Shown: positions 31,847 through 41,121 of the stretch, piece after piece
How positions within the stretch are numbered: the first letter of the stretch is position 1
How the letters are laid out: every line of letters starts with the position of its first letter
Assembly: GCA_963829355.1 (NCBI GenBank)
Contig: CAWHHZ010000001.1
Location: 214,964 to 278,963, forward strand
DNA length: 64,000 bases
DNA from: an uncultured Acidobacteriota bacterium
Lineage (GTDB): Bacteria; Acidobacteriota; Thermoanaerobaculia; Gp7-AA8; JAHWKK01
Reading direction: 5' to 3'
The notes under the pieces: model-generated
Databases searched by the model: none
Seen by the model: the letters and a program-made list of their open reading frames with translations, nothing else
What the model was told of the DNA's origin: nothing
Position numbers and translations under genes: made by a program

Positions 31847-33994
31847 TCAGTCTGCGTTGAACACGACCACGGGGCAAGGCGCGTGGTTGAGGATACGCTC
31901 CACCTTCGGACCGAGGAACAGCCGTTGCGAACCTGGTCGAAGGTCGGTGCCGAGAATGATCAGATCAACCGCTTCCTTCCTCGCCAGATCGAGAATCACC
32001 CGTTCCGCATCCCGGCCCACACGCACCTCTTCATCGATGTTCGCAGAGATCGCCTCCCCCACCACCTTGAGATCGGAAACGATCTGACGGGCTGCTCCGA
32101 GCTGGCGCTGGAACAGGCTGTTATCGGGATCGAACGTGATCTGGCTCTGCTTCTGAACGACGTTCAGAAGAATGACCTTTTCTCCCTCACCGCGGGTCAG
32201 AGCAAAACCTACCTCCGCGGCACGTCGCGAGGGAAGGGTGCCGTTGGTCGGGACCAGCACCCGACTCCCGGTCCATTCTCCATGTTCCGCGCCACTGCGG
32301 ATCACCATCGTCGGGCACGGCGAGACCCGAAGAAGATAGTCCACCATAGGATTGAACAACACCCGCGACGAGCCCGCCTCCTCGGAGGCTCCGAGCAGCA
32401 TCAGATCGTAGCCTTTTTCGGCCTCATCGAGAATGAGCTCCGAAGGAGAGGTCCCTTCCACGACTTTCTTCGAGAGCTCGACGCCGGGAAAGAGCTCACT
32501 GACCCGATCGAGGAAATCGACGCCCTTTCCTCGCTCGCCCGGCTTCGTCACCGTGAGGAGACTCAGCGCGATCGGACTCGCTTCCGACAGTTTCTGAAGG
32601 ATCTTCGACTCGATGCGATACGTCATCGTCGAGGTGTCCCGGAGCCGGATGGGGAGCAGTACGCGGTGAATCGATGCGACGAGACTCTCCTCTTCCTTCT
32701 CCTCCTTCTGGAGGCGCTCGAGCTCCTCGTCCGAAGGAGTCACGTGCCTGAGCACCCATCGCAATGCGGTCGGCGCCAGCAGCGCGTTCGTCATCGCCAT
32801 CAGAACGATGATCGAGAACATGTCACGGGAGAAGACGCCGAGGGAGAGTCCGATGGTTGCGATGATGATGTCCATCGCACCGCGTGTGTTCAACCCGGCG
32901 CTGAACGAAAGTGCGTACCAGTGATCTTTCCGTCCGATGAGCCGGGCGCCGATATAGGTTCCGGTGCCCTTGGCGATGGCCGTGACAACGATGACCGTCG
33001 CTGCAAGACCGAGAAGGCGAGGCTCCATGAGATGCCTGAGGTCGACCTTGAGACCCGCGACCGCGAAGAAGATTGGAGCGAAAACGCCGAGGGCGATGCT
33101 CTCCAGCTTCTCCAGCGCGTCCTCCGGGAGTCTCCGCATCTGCGAGAAAACGATCCCTATGATGAACGCTCCGAGCACCGCCTCGAGATGAAGCGCCATG
33201 CTGATCGCACCCCAGGCAAACATCAGGACGACGATGAACGTCAGGTAACGGTCCGCTCCCGTGACTCGATCACCGACGAAGTCGATCAGCCGTTTCACGA
33301 CCCAGCGGCCGACGGTGAGGCTGAGGATGATGAACGCGATGACGCTGCCAGCGTTCTGCGCGACGGAACCCGCGGTGATCTCGTGACCCGACGCGAGACC
33401 TGCAACGATCGAAAGTATGATCCAGCCGATCGTGTCGTCGCTCATGCCGGCGGCGATGAGAGTCTGGCCGACGTCGCGCCTCATCAGATTCATGTCCATG
33501 ATCACCTTGGCGATCACGGCGATCGCCGAGATGGCCATCGCGGTTCCAAGGAAAAGAGCGAATACCATCCGCTCTTCGGGGTTACCGAGAAGAGAGTCAG
33601 GCAGATTACGACCGAGAAAGAAGCCGCCGGTAAACGTGAGAATGATGCCGCAGAGCGATACCCCGATCGCGGTCTTTGCGTGTCGGCGGATCAGCGCAAG
33701 ATCTGTCTCGAGACCCGTGATCAGCATCATGAACATCGCGCCGATGAGAGAAATCACTTCGAGGAGGTAGCCCTGGGTAGGAGTCTGCGGAACGATGTAG
33801 GCGCCCGCGGCCGGAACCATCGAAGAGAGAATGGACGGTCCGAGGAGGATTCCGGCGAAGATCTCTCCCACGACGGCCGGCTGGCCGAGCCGCTTCGAGA
33901 CCTCGCCGAGCGCTCTCGCGGTGAAGAGCAATACCCCGATCTGGACGACGAGTCTCAGTACGTCTTCATGTGCTGCCGCGGTAAATGGTTCCAT
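31847..33994 (-). CDS. CPA2-family (Kef-type) monovalent cation:proton antiporter fused to two C-terminal universal stress protein (UspA) domains
   Basis: Intact 715 aa; about 12 TM with GLETDL motif; C-terminal tandem USP domains (VLVPTNGTL...; PCPVVVF). Confidence 0.85.
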   Translation of the reverse strand: MEPFTAAAHEDVLRLVVQIGVLLFTARALGEVSKRLGQPAVVGEIFAGILLGPSILSSMVPAAGAYIVPQTPTQGYLLEVISLIGAMFMMLITGLETDLALIRRHAKTAIGVSLCGIILTFTGGFFLGRNLPDSLLGNPEERMVFALFLGTAMAISAIAVIAKVIMDMNLMRRDVGQTLIAAGMSDDTIGWIILSIVAGLASGHEITAGSVAQNAGSVIAFIILSLTVGRWVVKRLIDFVGDRVTGADRYLTFIVVLMFAWGAISMALHLEAVLGAFIIGIVFSQMRRLPEDALEKLESIALGVFAPIFFAVAGLKVDLRHLMEPRLLGLAATVIVVTAIAKGTGTYIGARLIGRKDHWYALSFSAGLNTRGAMDIIIATIGLSLGVFSRDMFSIIVLMAMTNALLAPTALRWVLRHVTPSDEELERLQKEEKEEESLVASIHRVLLPIRLRDTSTMTYRIESKILQKLSEASPIALSLLTVTKPGERGKGVDFLDRVSELFPGVELSKKVVEGTSPSELILDEAEKGYDLMLLGASEEAGSSRVLFNPMVDYLLRVSPCPTMVIRSGAEHGEWTGSRVLVPTNGTLPSRRAAEVGFALTRGEGEKVILLNVVQKQSQITFDPDNSLFQRQLGAARQIVSDLKVVGEAISANIDEEVRVGRDAERVILDLARKEAVDLIILGTDLRPGSQRLFLGPKVERILNHAPCPVVVFNAD

Positions 33995-34060
33995 CTTGTT
34001 GAGCCTTCAGGCCTGGACGACTGCGCTGGACGCGCAACAATACAACATCCACGCCCGGTT

Positions 34061-34495
34061 TCAGCCTGAAGATCGATAGCTGCAGGCGAGCTCGATGTGA
34101 CTGTTGATGTCGCGCGCACTCTTCCGAACTGCGCCGACTTTGCGATCACGTTCGATGATGAACGTCACCCGGCCGGCAAGCTTCAGCAGTGGCCACTTCA
34201 CGCCGTACGTCGAAATGATCTCCGCTCCTGGATCGCCGACGAGAGGGAAAGGCAGGTCGAGCTCCTCCCGGAAGCGGTCGCTGACGTCCTGCCCATCAGC
34301 CGAAACCCCGACCACGTCAACCCCCCGCGCTACGAGATCGTCATACTGCTCGCGAAACTCGCGAGCCTCCTTCGTTCAGCCGGGTGTGAACGCCTTCGGA
34401 AAAAAGAAAACCGCCACAGCCCCGCTCTCCAGCAACTCGTAAAGCGACGAATCGCCAATCGAAAAGTCGGGAGCCGCGTCACCAGTGGAGAGCAT
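34061..34495 (-). CDS. BCP/PrxQ-type peroxiredoxin with in-frame TGA at the peroxidatic Cys position (candidate selenocysteine Prx)
   Basis: MLSTGDAAPDFSIGD...GAVAVFFFPKAFTPG-[TGA 34376-34378]-TKEAREFREQYDDLVARGVDVVGVSADGQD... aligns with E. coli Bcp YFYPKAMTPGCT, with TGA exactly at CysP. Sequence is in frame on both sides of the TGA. Confidence 0.65.
34348..34366 (-). promoter_or_regulatory. candidate bacterial SECIS hairpin 9 nt downstream of the in-frame UGA
   Basis: UGA-acgaaggag-GCUCGCGaguuuCGCGAGC: a 7-8 bp perfect stem with a GU-containing apical loop ~20 nt after the UGA. Confidence 0.5.
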
Positions 34496-34518
34496 GTTGA
34501 AAGGATATCAGGCATCGG

Positions 34519-36720
34519 TCAGCAGTCGTCAGATTGTGGACGTTCGTGGACGTGGTGGACGTCTGTGGACGATGTGGACAGAAGCGTGGACTGAGGCGTG
34601 GACAGAGGCGTGGACGGAAAGCTGCTCAGAAACTCTCTTGAAGTTTCTGGTCCACTCTTTCGTCCACGCTTCTGTCCACGCTTCTGTCCACCCAGTCCAC
34701 CCAGTCCACCATGTCCACAGACGTCCACCCCGTCCACAACCTGTCGACTGTCGACTGACGACCGACGACTGCACCCTTGCAGCTCCCGAATGAACGCCCC
34801 GGTGCTGACGGGGCGGCCTAGAAACTCCTCCACGATTGTCTTTGCCTCGGCTTCTCCTCCGCGTGCGAGGATGACCTCTCGGAAGCGGTGGCCGGTGTCG
34901 CGGTTCATGATGTCGTCACCGAATACCGAGAGCAGATCGTTCGCGATTGTTTCCGACCAGAGATAGCCGTAGTAGCCGGCCGCGTAGCCGCCCGTAATGT
35001 GGCCGAACGCGGCCGGAAACATCGTTCCTTCGACATAGCCGAGCGCCGTCTCATCTTCCATCTGCCTCCAGCGGTCGAGCGACGAGGCTGAGCTCGCTCC
35101 GGCGAGCGCCATGTCGTAGCTCGCGTAGAGGTGTTGCCGCGCGTAATGGATCCCCTTGCCGAACCGGCGCGCACCGTCGAGTCTTTTCGCCAGATCCGCG
35201 TCGATGACCGGACAGGTCGGACAGATCTCCGCCATGATCGAGAGGCTCTCGATCCGTCTCCCCCACTCTTCGAACATCTGCGAAGGAGCTTCGACGAAGT
35301 CGCGCTGCACCGCCGTCCCGGAGTGCATGTTGTAGACGGTCGACGAGAGAACGCCGTGGAGGACATGGCCGAACTCGTGGAGAAACGTCTCGAGCTCCTG
35401 GTGGGTCAGGCCTCGGCGATCGAAGTTCGTGACGAGCGCACTGACTGGTTTTCTCCCGGTCCTTCTGCTGACCCCACGCACAGGCCAGGCGGCGGCGTGT
35501 TTGTACTTGCCGTCTCGAGGGTAGAGGTCCATGTAGATCCCGCCGATGAGCTCATCGCTCGTCCCGTCGATGACGTCGAAGTACAGAACCTCGGGACTCC
35601 ACACAGGAACCTCGATCCGCTCGAACCGGACTCCGTAGAGCCGGCTGCTGAGCTCGAGGACCCAGCAGATCGACGGCTCGACGGGAAAATACTTCCGGAG
35701 CTTTTCCTGATCGACGGAAAACTTCTGCTCACGCACCCGCTCCGACCAGTAAGGCACGTCCCAACGATGAATCCGGACCGACTCCAGCGGCTCGTTCGTC
35801 GCGGCAGCTTTTGCCCGTCGCAGCTCCCCGAGATCGTGCTGCTCCCGCTCCCGCACGGCATCGAGAACATCGTCGAGGAACGCGCGAACACGCTCGGGAT
35901 TCTCGACCATTCGCCGGCGTGTCACATAATGCGCGTACGTCGGCAGAGCGTAGAGGGTGGCCATCTCGCTACGCAGCTCCACGATCGTGTCGAGCAGTCG
36001 TAGATTCTCCTCTCCTCCCCGCTGGAGGTAAGCGGTAAAGAGGCGGCGCCTCGCATCTTCGCTCCGCACGTTCATCATGAACGGGTTGTACTCCGGATAG
36101 TCGAACCCGACGAGAATCTCGTCGCCATCCCTATCGAGGGTGTCGATGATGGCCTGCGGAAGTCCCTCGATTTCGCTCTCGGAAAAGCGGACCTTCACCT
36201 CCTGTTCCCGGATGTTCTTTGCGAACTGCTGACTGAGCTCAGTGATCGACTGGCTGATCTCCCGGAAACGGCGACGCTCATCCTCGTCGAGAGCGACACC
36301 GCTGTCTTCGAACGCTTCGAGCAGATCCTTCTTCAGCGTCAGCTCCGGCGGGCTGGACGGCTCGACAGCAGAGACTCTCTCGAAGAGTGCACGATTCTGA
36401 TAGATCTCGGTGTTGAAACTCGAGAGCTCGACCATGTGCTCGTCCGCGGCTTCCCGAACCTGCCGGACAGGATGGACCTCGTTGAGCAGGGACACCGGCC
36501 CGAAGACGTCCTCGACGAGAATCTCGATGTCATCCCACCGGTCGAGAACATCGCTGACTGATGATTTCTCCAGAGGGATCGACTCGATCTCGTTCAATTT
36601 CGATCGCGCCAGATCGATCACGCGACGACATGAGTGCTCGAGCGTGATGGGATCGTGGATCGGGAGGATTGTGCGCTCGGCGGCGCGAGGTTCAGGCGAC
36701 TTCGGACTCAGATCGTGCAT
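34519..36720 (-). CDS. M3-family zinc metallopeptidase (oligopeptidase A / Dcp-like); the last ~80 codons run through the hexamer array and are probably not genuine
   Basis: HEFGHVLHGVL (HExxH). ATG 36720 with GGGGAG RBS. The C-terminal tail GGLGGLGG...STPLSTPQST is a translation of the repeat array. Confidence 0.75.
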   Translation of the reverse strand: MHDLSPKSPEPRAAERTILPIHDPITLEHSCRRVIDLARSKLNEIESIPLEKSSVSDVLDRWDDIEILVEDVFGPVSLLNEVHPVRQVREAADEHMVELSSFNTEIYQNRALFERVSAVEPSSPPELTLKKDLLEAFEDSGVALDEDERRRFREISQSITELSQQFAKNIREQEVKVRFSESEIEGLPQAIIDTLDRDGDEILVGFDYPEYNPFMMNVRSEDARRRLFTAYLQRGGEENLRLLDTIVELRSEMATLYALPTYAHYVTRRRMVENPERVRAFLDDVLDAVREREQHDLGELRRAKAAATNEPLESVRIHRWDVPYWSERVREQKFSVDQEKLRKYFPVEPSICWVLELSSRLYGVRFERIEVPVWSPEVLYFDVIDGTSDELIGGIYMDLYPRDGKYKHAAAWPVRGVSRRTGRKPVSALVTNFDRRGLTHQELETFLHEFGHVLHGVLSSTVYNMHSGTAVQRDFVEAPSQMFEEWGRRIESLSIMAEICPTCPVIDADLAKRLDGARRFGKGIHYARQHLYASYDMALAGASSASSLDRWRQMEDETALGYVEGTMFPAAFGHITGGYAAGYYGYLWSETIANDLLSVFGDDIMNRDTGHRFREVILARGGEAEAKTIVEEFLGRPVSTGAFIRELQGCSRRSSVDSRQVVDGVDVCGHGGLGGLGGQKRGQKRGRKSGPETSREFLSSFPSTPLSTPQSTLLSTSSTDVHHVHERPQSDDC
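34536..34740. repeat. symmetric inverted array of GTGGAC x8 (left) and GTCCAC x9 (right) around a palindromic centre CAGAAACT-ctcttg-AAGTTTCTG
   Basis: GTGGAC starts at 34536, 46, 55, 65, 74, 86, 98, 34610; GTCCAC starts at 34650, 62, 74, 86, 95, 34704, 13, 23, 32. Spacings are 9-10 bp at the outer ends and 12 bp near the centre on both arms. Units such as aTGTCCACAg resemble the high-GC DnaA box TTGTCCACA. Confidence 0.8.
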
Positions 36721-36997
36721 TGGCTCCCCTGTTGCTGCGAAGCAATGATATCTGCAATCGGACGTCCGGCTCACCCGGTCTGGAATCGGCGGAAAGCCGG
36801 GCGCCCCCGACAGCTGTCACAGTCGGGACGAGAGTCATTTCACTCCACTGACGAAGCGAGGCGGCGTTCATTCCCCCGCTCAGGACGACAGTCGCCCGGC
36901 AACGGATCCCTCCGCTACAATTCAACCACAGCAGCGGGGATAATCTCCTTGCCGCACCGAAACACCACAATGCTTGCACGATCTGGAAGGACGACGA

Positions 36998-38281
36998 ATG
37001 AGAAGACTTCTGCTGGCCCTCTGTCTGATGGCTTTCGGTTGCAGCACGGCAGTGACGGGAGGACGCGTCATGGATGACATCGCTCGAGACTACGTCAGTC
37101 TCGTTCTCGCGCTCGGTGAGCACGATGACGGGTATGTGGACGCGTACTACGGGCCGGAGGAGTGGCGGAATGAAGTCCGGGAGGATCTCCCCTCTCTCGC
37201 ACAGATCGCCACCCGGGCGAGTGAGCTTCGATCGGAGCTCGCACGCGTCAGCACCACTGACCCGATGGAGCAGATGCGCGCCGACTACCTCTCGACTCAG
37301 CTTCTTGCTCTCTCGACCAGGGTGCGGATGCTCGAGGGAGAGTCCCTCTCCTTCGATGAGGAGTCGAAGCTTCTCTACGGTGCCGTCGCTCCGCATCACT
37401 CGGCTGCCCATTTCGAGGAAATCCTGAACCGGCTCGATGAAGAGCTGCCGGGTGACGGTCCGCTCGTCGACCGGATCGAAGCGTTCCGCAAAGACTTCAT
37501 CATTCCGCGCGACAAGCTCGACACAGTCTTCCAGAGAGCGATTCAGGGCTGTCGCTCCCGCACCGAACAGTGGATCGATCTTCCCGCGGGAGAGACATTC
37601 CGGATCGAGTACGTCAACGACAAGCCATGGAGCGGCTACAACTGGTATCAGGGAGGATTCGACTCACTGATCCAGGTCAATACCGATCTGCCGATCTACA
37701 TCGATCGTGCGATCGATCTCGCCTGCCATGAAGGCTATCCCGGACACCACGTCTACAACACGATGCTGGAGAAGAACCTCGTCCGCGACAGGGGATGGGC
37801 GGAATTCAGCGTCTATCCTCTGTACAGCCCGCAATCGCTCATCGCGGAAGGCTCGGCCAACTACGGGATCGAGATGGCGTTTCCCGGCGATCAGCGTGTG
37901 AGCTTTGAACGGCAGGAGCTGTTCCCGATCGCGGGGATCGATCCTGCTCGCGCCGATCGCTACTACGCGATTCAGGAGCTTGTCGGCGAGCTATCCTACG
38001 CGGGGAACGAGGCGGCGAGGCGTTATCTCGACGGAGAGATCAGTCGCGCGGAAGCAATCGACTGGCTCGAGAAGTATGCGTTGATGGGTGAGGACCGCGC
38101 CACCCAGAGGACCAAGTTCATGGACGCGTACCGCAGCTATGTCATCAACTACAACCTCGGCCAGGATCTGGTGCGCGGATACGTGGAGCGGGAGGGGGGC
38201 GACGATCCGGCGGCGCGCTGGAGAGTTTTCGAGCGAATCCTCTCGACGCCCGTTCTTCCAGCCGACATCACTCCGAGGTAG
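36998..38281 (+). CDS. DUF885-family lipoprotein (HExxPGHH putative metallopeptidase-like)
   Basis: Lipoprotein signal MRRLLLALCLMAFGCS; LACHEGYPGHHV motif. Confidence 0.7.
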   Translation: MRRLLLALCLMAFGCSTAVTGGRVMDDIARDYVSLVLALGEHDDGYVDAYYGPEEWRNEVREDLPSLAQIATRASELRSELARVSTTDPMEQMRADYLSTQLLALSTRVRMLEGESLSFDEESKLLYGAVAPHHSAAHFEEILNRLDEELPGDGPLVDRIEAFRKDFIIPRDKLDTVFQRAIQGCRSRTEQWIDLPAGETFRIEYVNDKPWSGYNWYQGGFDSLIQVNTDLPIYIDRAIDLACHEGYPGHHVYNTMLEKNLVRDRGWAEFSVYPLYSPQSLIAEGSANYGIEMAFPGDQRVSFERQELFPIAGIDPARADRYYAIQELVGELSYAGNEAARRYLDGEISRAEAIDWLEKYALMGEDRATQRTKFMDAYRSYVINYNLGQDLVRGYVEREGGDDPAARWRVFERILSTPVLPADITPR

Positions 38282-38346
38282 TGGGAGAATAGGTTTTCTG
38301 CAACAGTTGGTGCCGGTCTTCGTACACACCCCTGAGGAGATCGGAA

Positions 38347-38982
38347 ATGTCAAAACGTGTTGCTTTCATATTGGTTGCTCTGTCAATCGCGATTTCTGCC
38401 GACGCCAGAACGTGGCGGACCGAGAGATACAAGATCGACTCGCACTCTGTGGATACCGTCGAGATCGAGCATGCAGTTGGAGAGTTGACCATCGAAGCGG
38501 GCGACTCCCAGATGATCGAGATCGTGATGACGGTCGAGTGCTCGAGCTGGAGTAAGAAGTGTGAAGCACGCACCGAGCAGGTTGAGCTCAGCTCGCGAAC
38601 GGCGGGCGGCACGCTCGAGCTTCGCATCAAAGGATTCCCGAAGACGGCCGATTCTCTCTCGGTCAACCTCGAGATCAGGATGCCTCGCAGGCTTTCGCTC
38701 GATATCGATCATGGCGTCGGGGAGACGACCATACGCGGTGTGGAGGGAGACATCTCAGTCGAATCAGGCGTCGGGGAGGTTTCCGTGAAGGGCCCGGTTG
38801 AGGCTTTCGGTGAGGTCGATGCAGAGTGCGGCGTGGGAGAGGCCGATCTGTCCGTGCCAGGCGGCCACATCGAGCGCGAAGGCTTCCTCTTCCTCGGCAA
38901 CGAGCTCAAGTGGAGCGGATCGGGCGAATCGGTGATCGAAGTGGAGATCGGCGTCGGATCCCTCGAGATCGAGCTGTACTAG
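38347..38982 (+). CDS. secreted DUF4097-like beta-repeat protein
   Basis: Signal peptide MSKRVAFILVALSIAISADA; repeated GVGE(T/V/A)x strands. Confidence 0.6.
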   Translation: MSKRVAFILVALSIAISADARTWRTERYKIDSHSVDTVEIEHAVGELTIEAGDSQMIEIVMTVECSSWSKKCEARTEQVELSSRTAGGTLELRIKGFPKTADSLSVNLEIRMPRRLSLDIDHGVGETTIRGVEGDISVESGVGEVSVKGPVEAFGEVDAECGVGEADLSVPGGHIEREGFLFLGNELKWSGSGESVIEVEIGVGSLEIELY

Positions 38983-39117
38983 CCGCGGTGAGGCATTCCG
39001 CGCACGCGTAGCCTCGACTGTTTCTGTCTCTCAGGAGCGTTGTTCGTCCCACGGCTCGGAATGACGGCGAGTACGTTCCGAGACGGTGTCCGGGCCTCGG
39101 CGGTCGCCTCCGCCTCC

Positions 39118-39852
39118 TCAATCAGGTAATGAGGCGGCCAGCGAGCTCAGCGGCGGCTGGAACGCCTCGCCGAAGATCTCGAACGGCACCCGGTTGCCGA
39201 CACGCTCCAGAGGCTTTGCGTTCTCGATGACTGACTGATACGTCTCGTAACAGTCGAGTGCGCGGCGTGCGGTGGCGATATCTTCCTGATCGACCGGAAT
39301 GAGCGCGCCGATCTCCTCCGGGTCGGTCGCCTTGAGCGAGAACGGGCCTTCCGGTTCATCGCTCGGAAGAACCGTGAAGAAGGCGAGACGTTTGAGCTCC
39401 TCGATCTCGTTCCGTGCGCGCATCGCGCAGAACACACGCTTGACCACGGCGTGCGTGACGAGATGGTCGGAGAAGCCGCTCACGCCGTGCACACCGTAGG
39501 TGACGACGATGTGAGGACGGACCCGGCGTATCGCTGATTCGACGATCGACTCCAGATCGAGCGGATTTTCCCGGTGGAGCTCCCCGTCGGGAAAATCGTG
39601 GAGCGCGAACGATGTCAGGTCGAGTACTTCCCGCACGCATTCCATCTCTTTCGCGCGGACCGCGCCCATCTCCTGAATGCTCAGGCCGAGCCGGTGACGC
39701 TGCCTGGTTGCCCCTCCGCGCGTGAAGGTGAGGAGGTGGACTTCGTCGCCATCTCTTCGCTGACGTGAGATTGCGAGCGACGGTCCGAAGCTCTCGTCGT
39801 CCGGGTGTGGGAACACATACAGATAGCGCACTGGCGTATATTGGGGAGCCAT
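39118..39852 (-). CDS. PIG-L/LmbE-family N-acetylglucosaminyl deacetylase
   Basis: VFPHPDDESFG...HxxH motifs; 244 aa from ATG 39852. The longer track ORF upstream is antisense to the next gene. Confidence 0.8.
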   Translation of the reverse strand: MAPQYTPVRYLYVFPHPDDESFGPSLAISRQRRDGDEVHLLTFTRGGATRQRHRLGLSIQEMGAVRAKEMECVREVLDLTSFALHDFPDGELHRENPLDLESIVESAIRRVRPHIVVTYGVHGVSGFSDHLVTHAVVKRVFCAMRARNEIEELKRLAFFTVLPSDEPEGPFSLKATDPEEIGALIPVDQEDIATARRALDCYETYQSVIENAKPLERVGNRVPFEIFGEAFQPPLSSLAASLPD

Positions 39853-41113
39853 GAAAACGATCATCTCACTCCTTCTCCTGAGTTTCACCTGGCCGGCCGC
39901 TGCTCTCGACCGTGCGACGATCGATCGTGAGGTCGACGCGCTCTTCAACCAATGCGTGGAGATCCGGAGAGATCTGCACATGCATCCCGAGCTTTCGAAC
40001 CGTGAGGAGCGGACTTCGAACGTCATTGCCGGGCGCCTCGAGGCACTTGGAATCCCGATCGAGCGGGGTGTCGCGAAACATGGAGTGGTTGCGGTCATCG
40101 AGGGTTCTCTTCCCGGTCCCACCGTCGCCGTCCGTGCGGATATCGACGCCTTGCCGATCAACGAGGTGATCGACGTCCCGTACAAGTCACTCAACGAGGG
40201 TGTGAAGCACGCCTGCGGACACGATGTGCACACCACCGTCGGTCTGACAGTGGCCGAGATTCTCTGGAAGCATCGTGACGGTCTTCCAGGAAAAGTGATC
40301 GTTTTCTTCCAACCGGCCGAGGAGGGGCCGCCGCCTGGAGAGAAGGGTGGGGCGCCGCTCATGATCGAGGAAGGCTTCCTCGCACGCTATCAACCCGACG
40401 CGATGTTTGCTCTCCATACGATGCCGACCCTCGAGGTGGGGAATGTCAGTTTTGCGCCGGGTGCGCAGATGGCTTCCTCCGACACGTTTGCCATCGACAT
40501 CACCGGAAAGCAGAGCCACGGAGCGGAGCCGCATCGGGGTATCGATCCGATCTTCATCGGCTCGCAGATCGTGACGGCATTGCAGAGCATCGACAGCCGC
40601 CGGATCGATCCGCTCGAGCCAGTCGTCGTGACAATCGGTACATTTCACGCCGGAACGAGGTTCAACATCGTTCCGGCCAGTGCCAGACTCGAGGGTACGC
40701 TACGCACCCTCTCGCCGGCAGTACGAACCGAATCGAGACGCCTGATCCGGGAGATCAGCGAACTGACGGCAAAGGCACTCGAGGGGTCCGCTGTCGTATC
40801 CTTCCAGGACGATGCGGCCAATCCGGTTCTGATCAATGACGCCGAACTGACCACCTTTGCGGAACGATCACTCCAGAAGACGCTGGGTGAGGGCCAGGTG
40901 CATCGTGACCCGCCGCGAATGGTCGCCGAGGACTTCGCTCACTTCTCCGAGGCGCTGCCGTCGTTCTACTACTTTCTGGGGGTCGGGAATCAGGAGAAGG
41001 GAATCACGGAGAACCTGCACACACCAGGATTCGATGTCGATGAGCGCAGCCTCGCGATTGGCGCGAGAACGATGACGGCTCTCGTCGTCGACTATCTCAC
41101 CTCGCACGAGTGA
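39851..41113 (+). CDS. secreted M20D-family amidohydrolase (N-acyl-amino-acid amidohydrolase / hippuricase-like)
   Basis: Signal peptide MKTIISLLLLSFTWPAAA; ACGHDVHTT...FQPAEEG...match M20D metal ligands. Its ATG overlaps the ATG of the divergent deacetylase (CATG). Confidence 0.85.
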   Translation: MKTIISLLLLSFTWPAAALDRATIDREVDALFNQCVEIRRDLHMHPELSNREERTSNVIAGRLEALGIPIERGVAKHGVVAVIEGSLPGPTVAVRADIDALPINEVIDVPYKSLNEGVKHACGHDVHTTVGLTVAEILWKHRDGLPGKVIVFFQPAEEGPPPGEKGGAPLMIEEGFLARYQPDAMFALHTMPTLEVGNVSFAPGAQMASSDTFAIDITGKQSHGAEPHRGIDPIFIGSQIVTALQSIDSRRIDPLEPVVVTIGTFHAGTRFNIVPASARLEGTLRTLSPAVRTESRRLIREISELTAKALEGSAVVSFQDDAANPVLINDAELTTFAERSLQKTLGEGQVHRDPPRMVAEDFAHFSEALPSFYYFLGVGNQEKGITENLHTPGFDVDERSLAIGARTMTALVVDYLTSHE

Positions 41114-41121
41114 TGACGGCT

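Noticed and set aside
31661-34069. 802-aa plus-strand ORF
   Set aside because: Antisense to the intact 715-aa Kef-USP antiporter; Arg/Asp-rich low-complexity translation with no domain similarity.
34536-34740. CRISPR array interpretation of the hexamer repeats
   Set aside because: Units are only 6-7 bp with 3-6 bp spacers, and the two halves are inverted relative to each other; there are no cas genes.
39853-40362. N-terminal 170 aa of the 414-aa minus-strand ORF 39118-40362
   Set aside because: Antisense to the M20D amidohydrolase gene. The deacetylase homology begins only at MAPQYTPVRY (39852).
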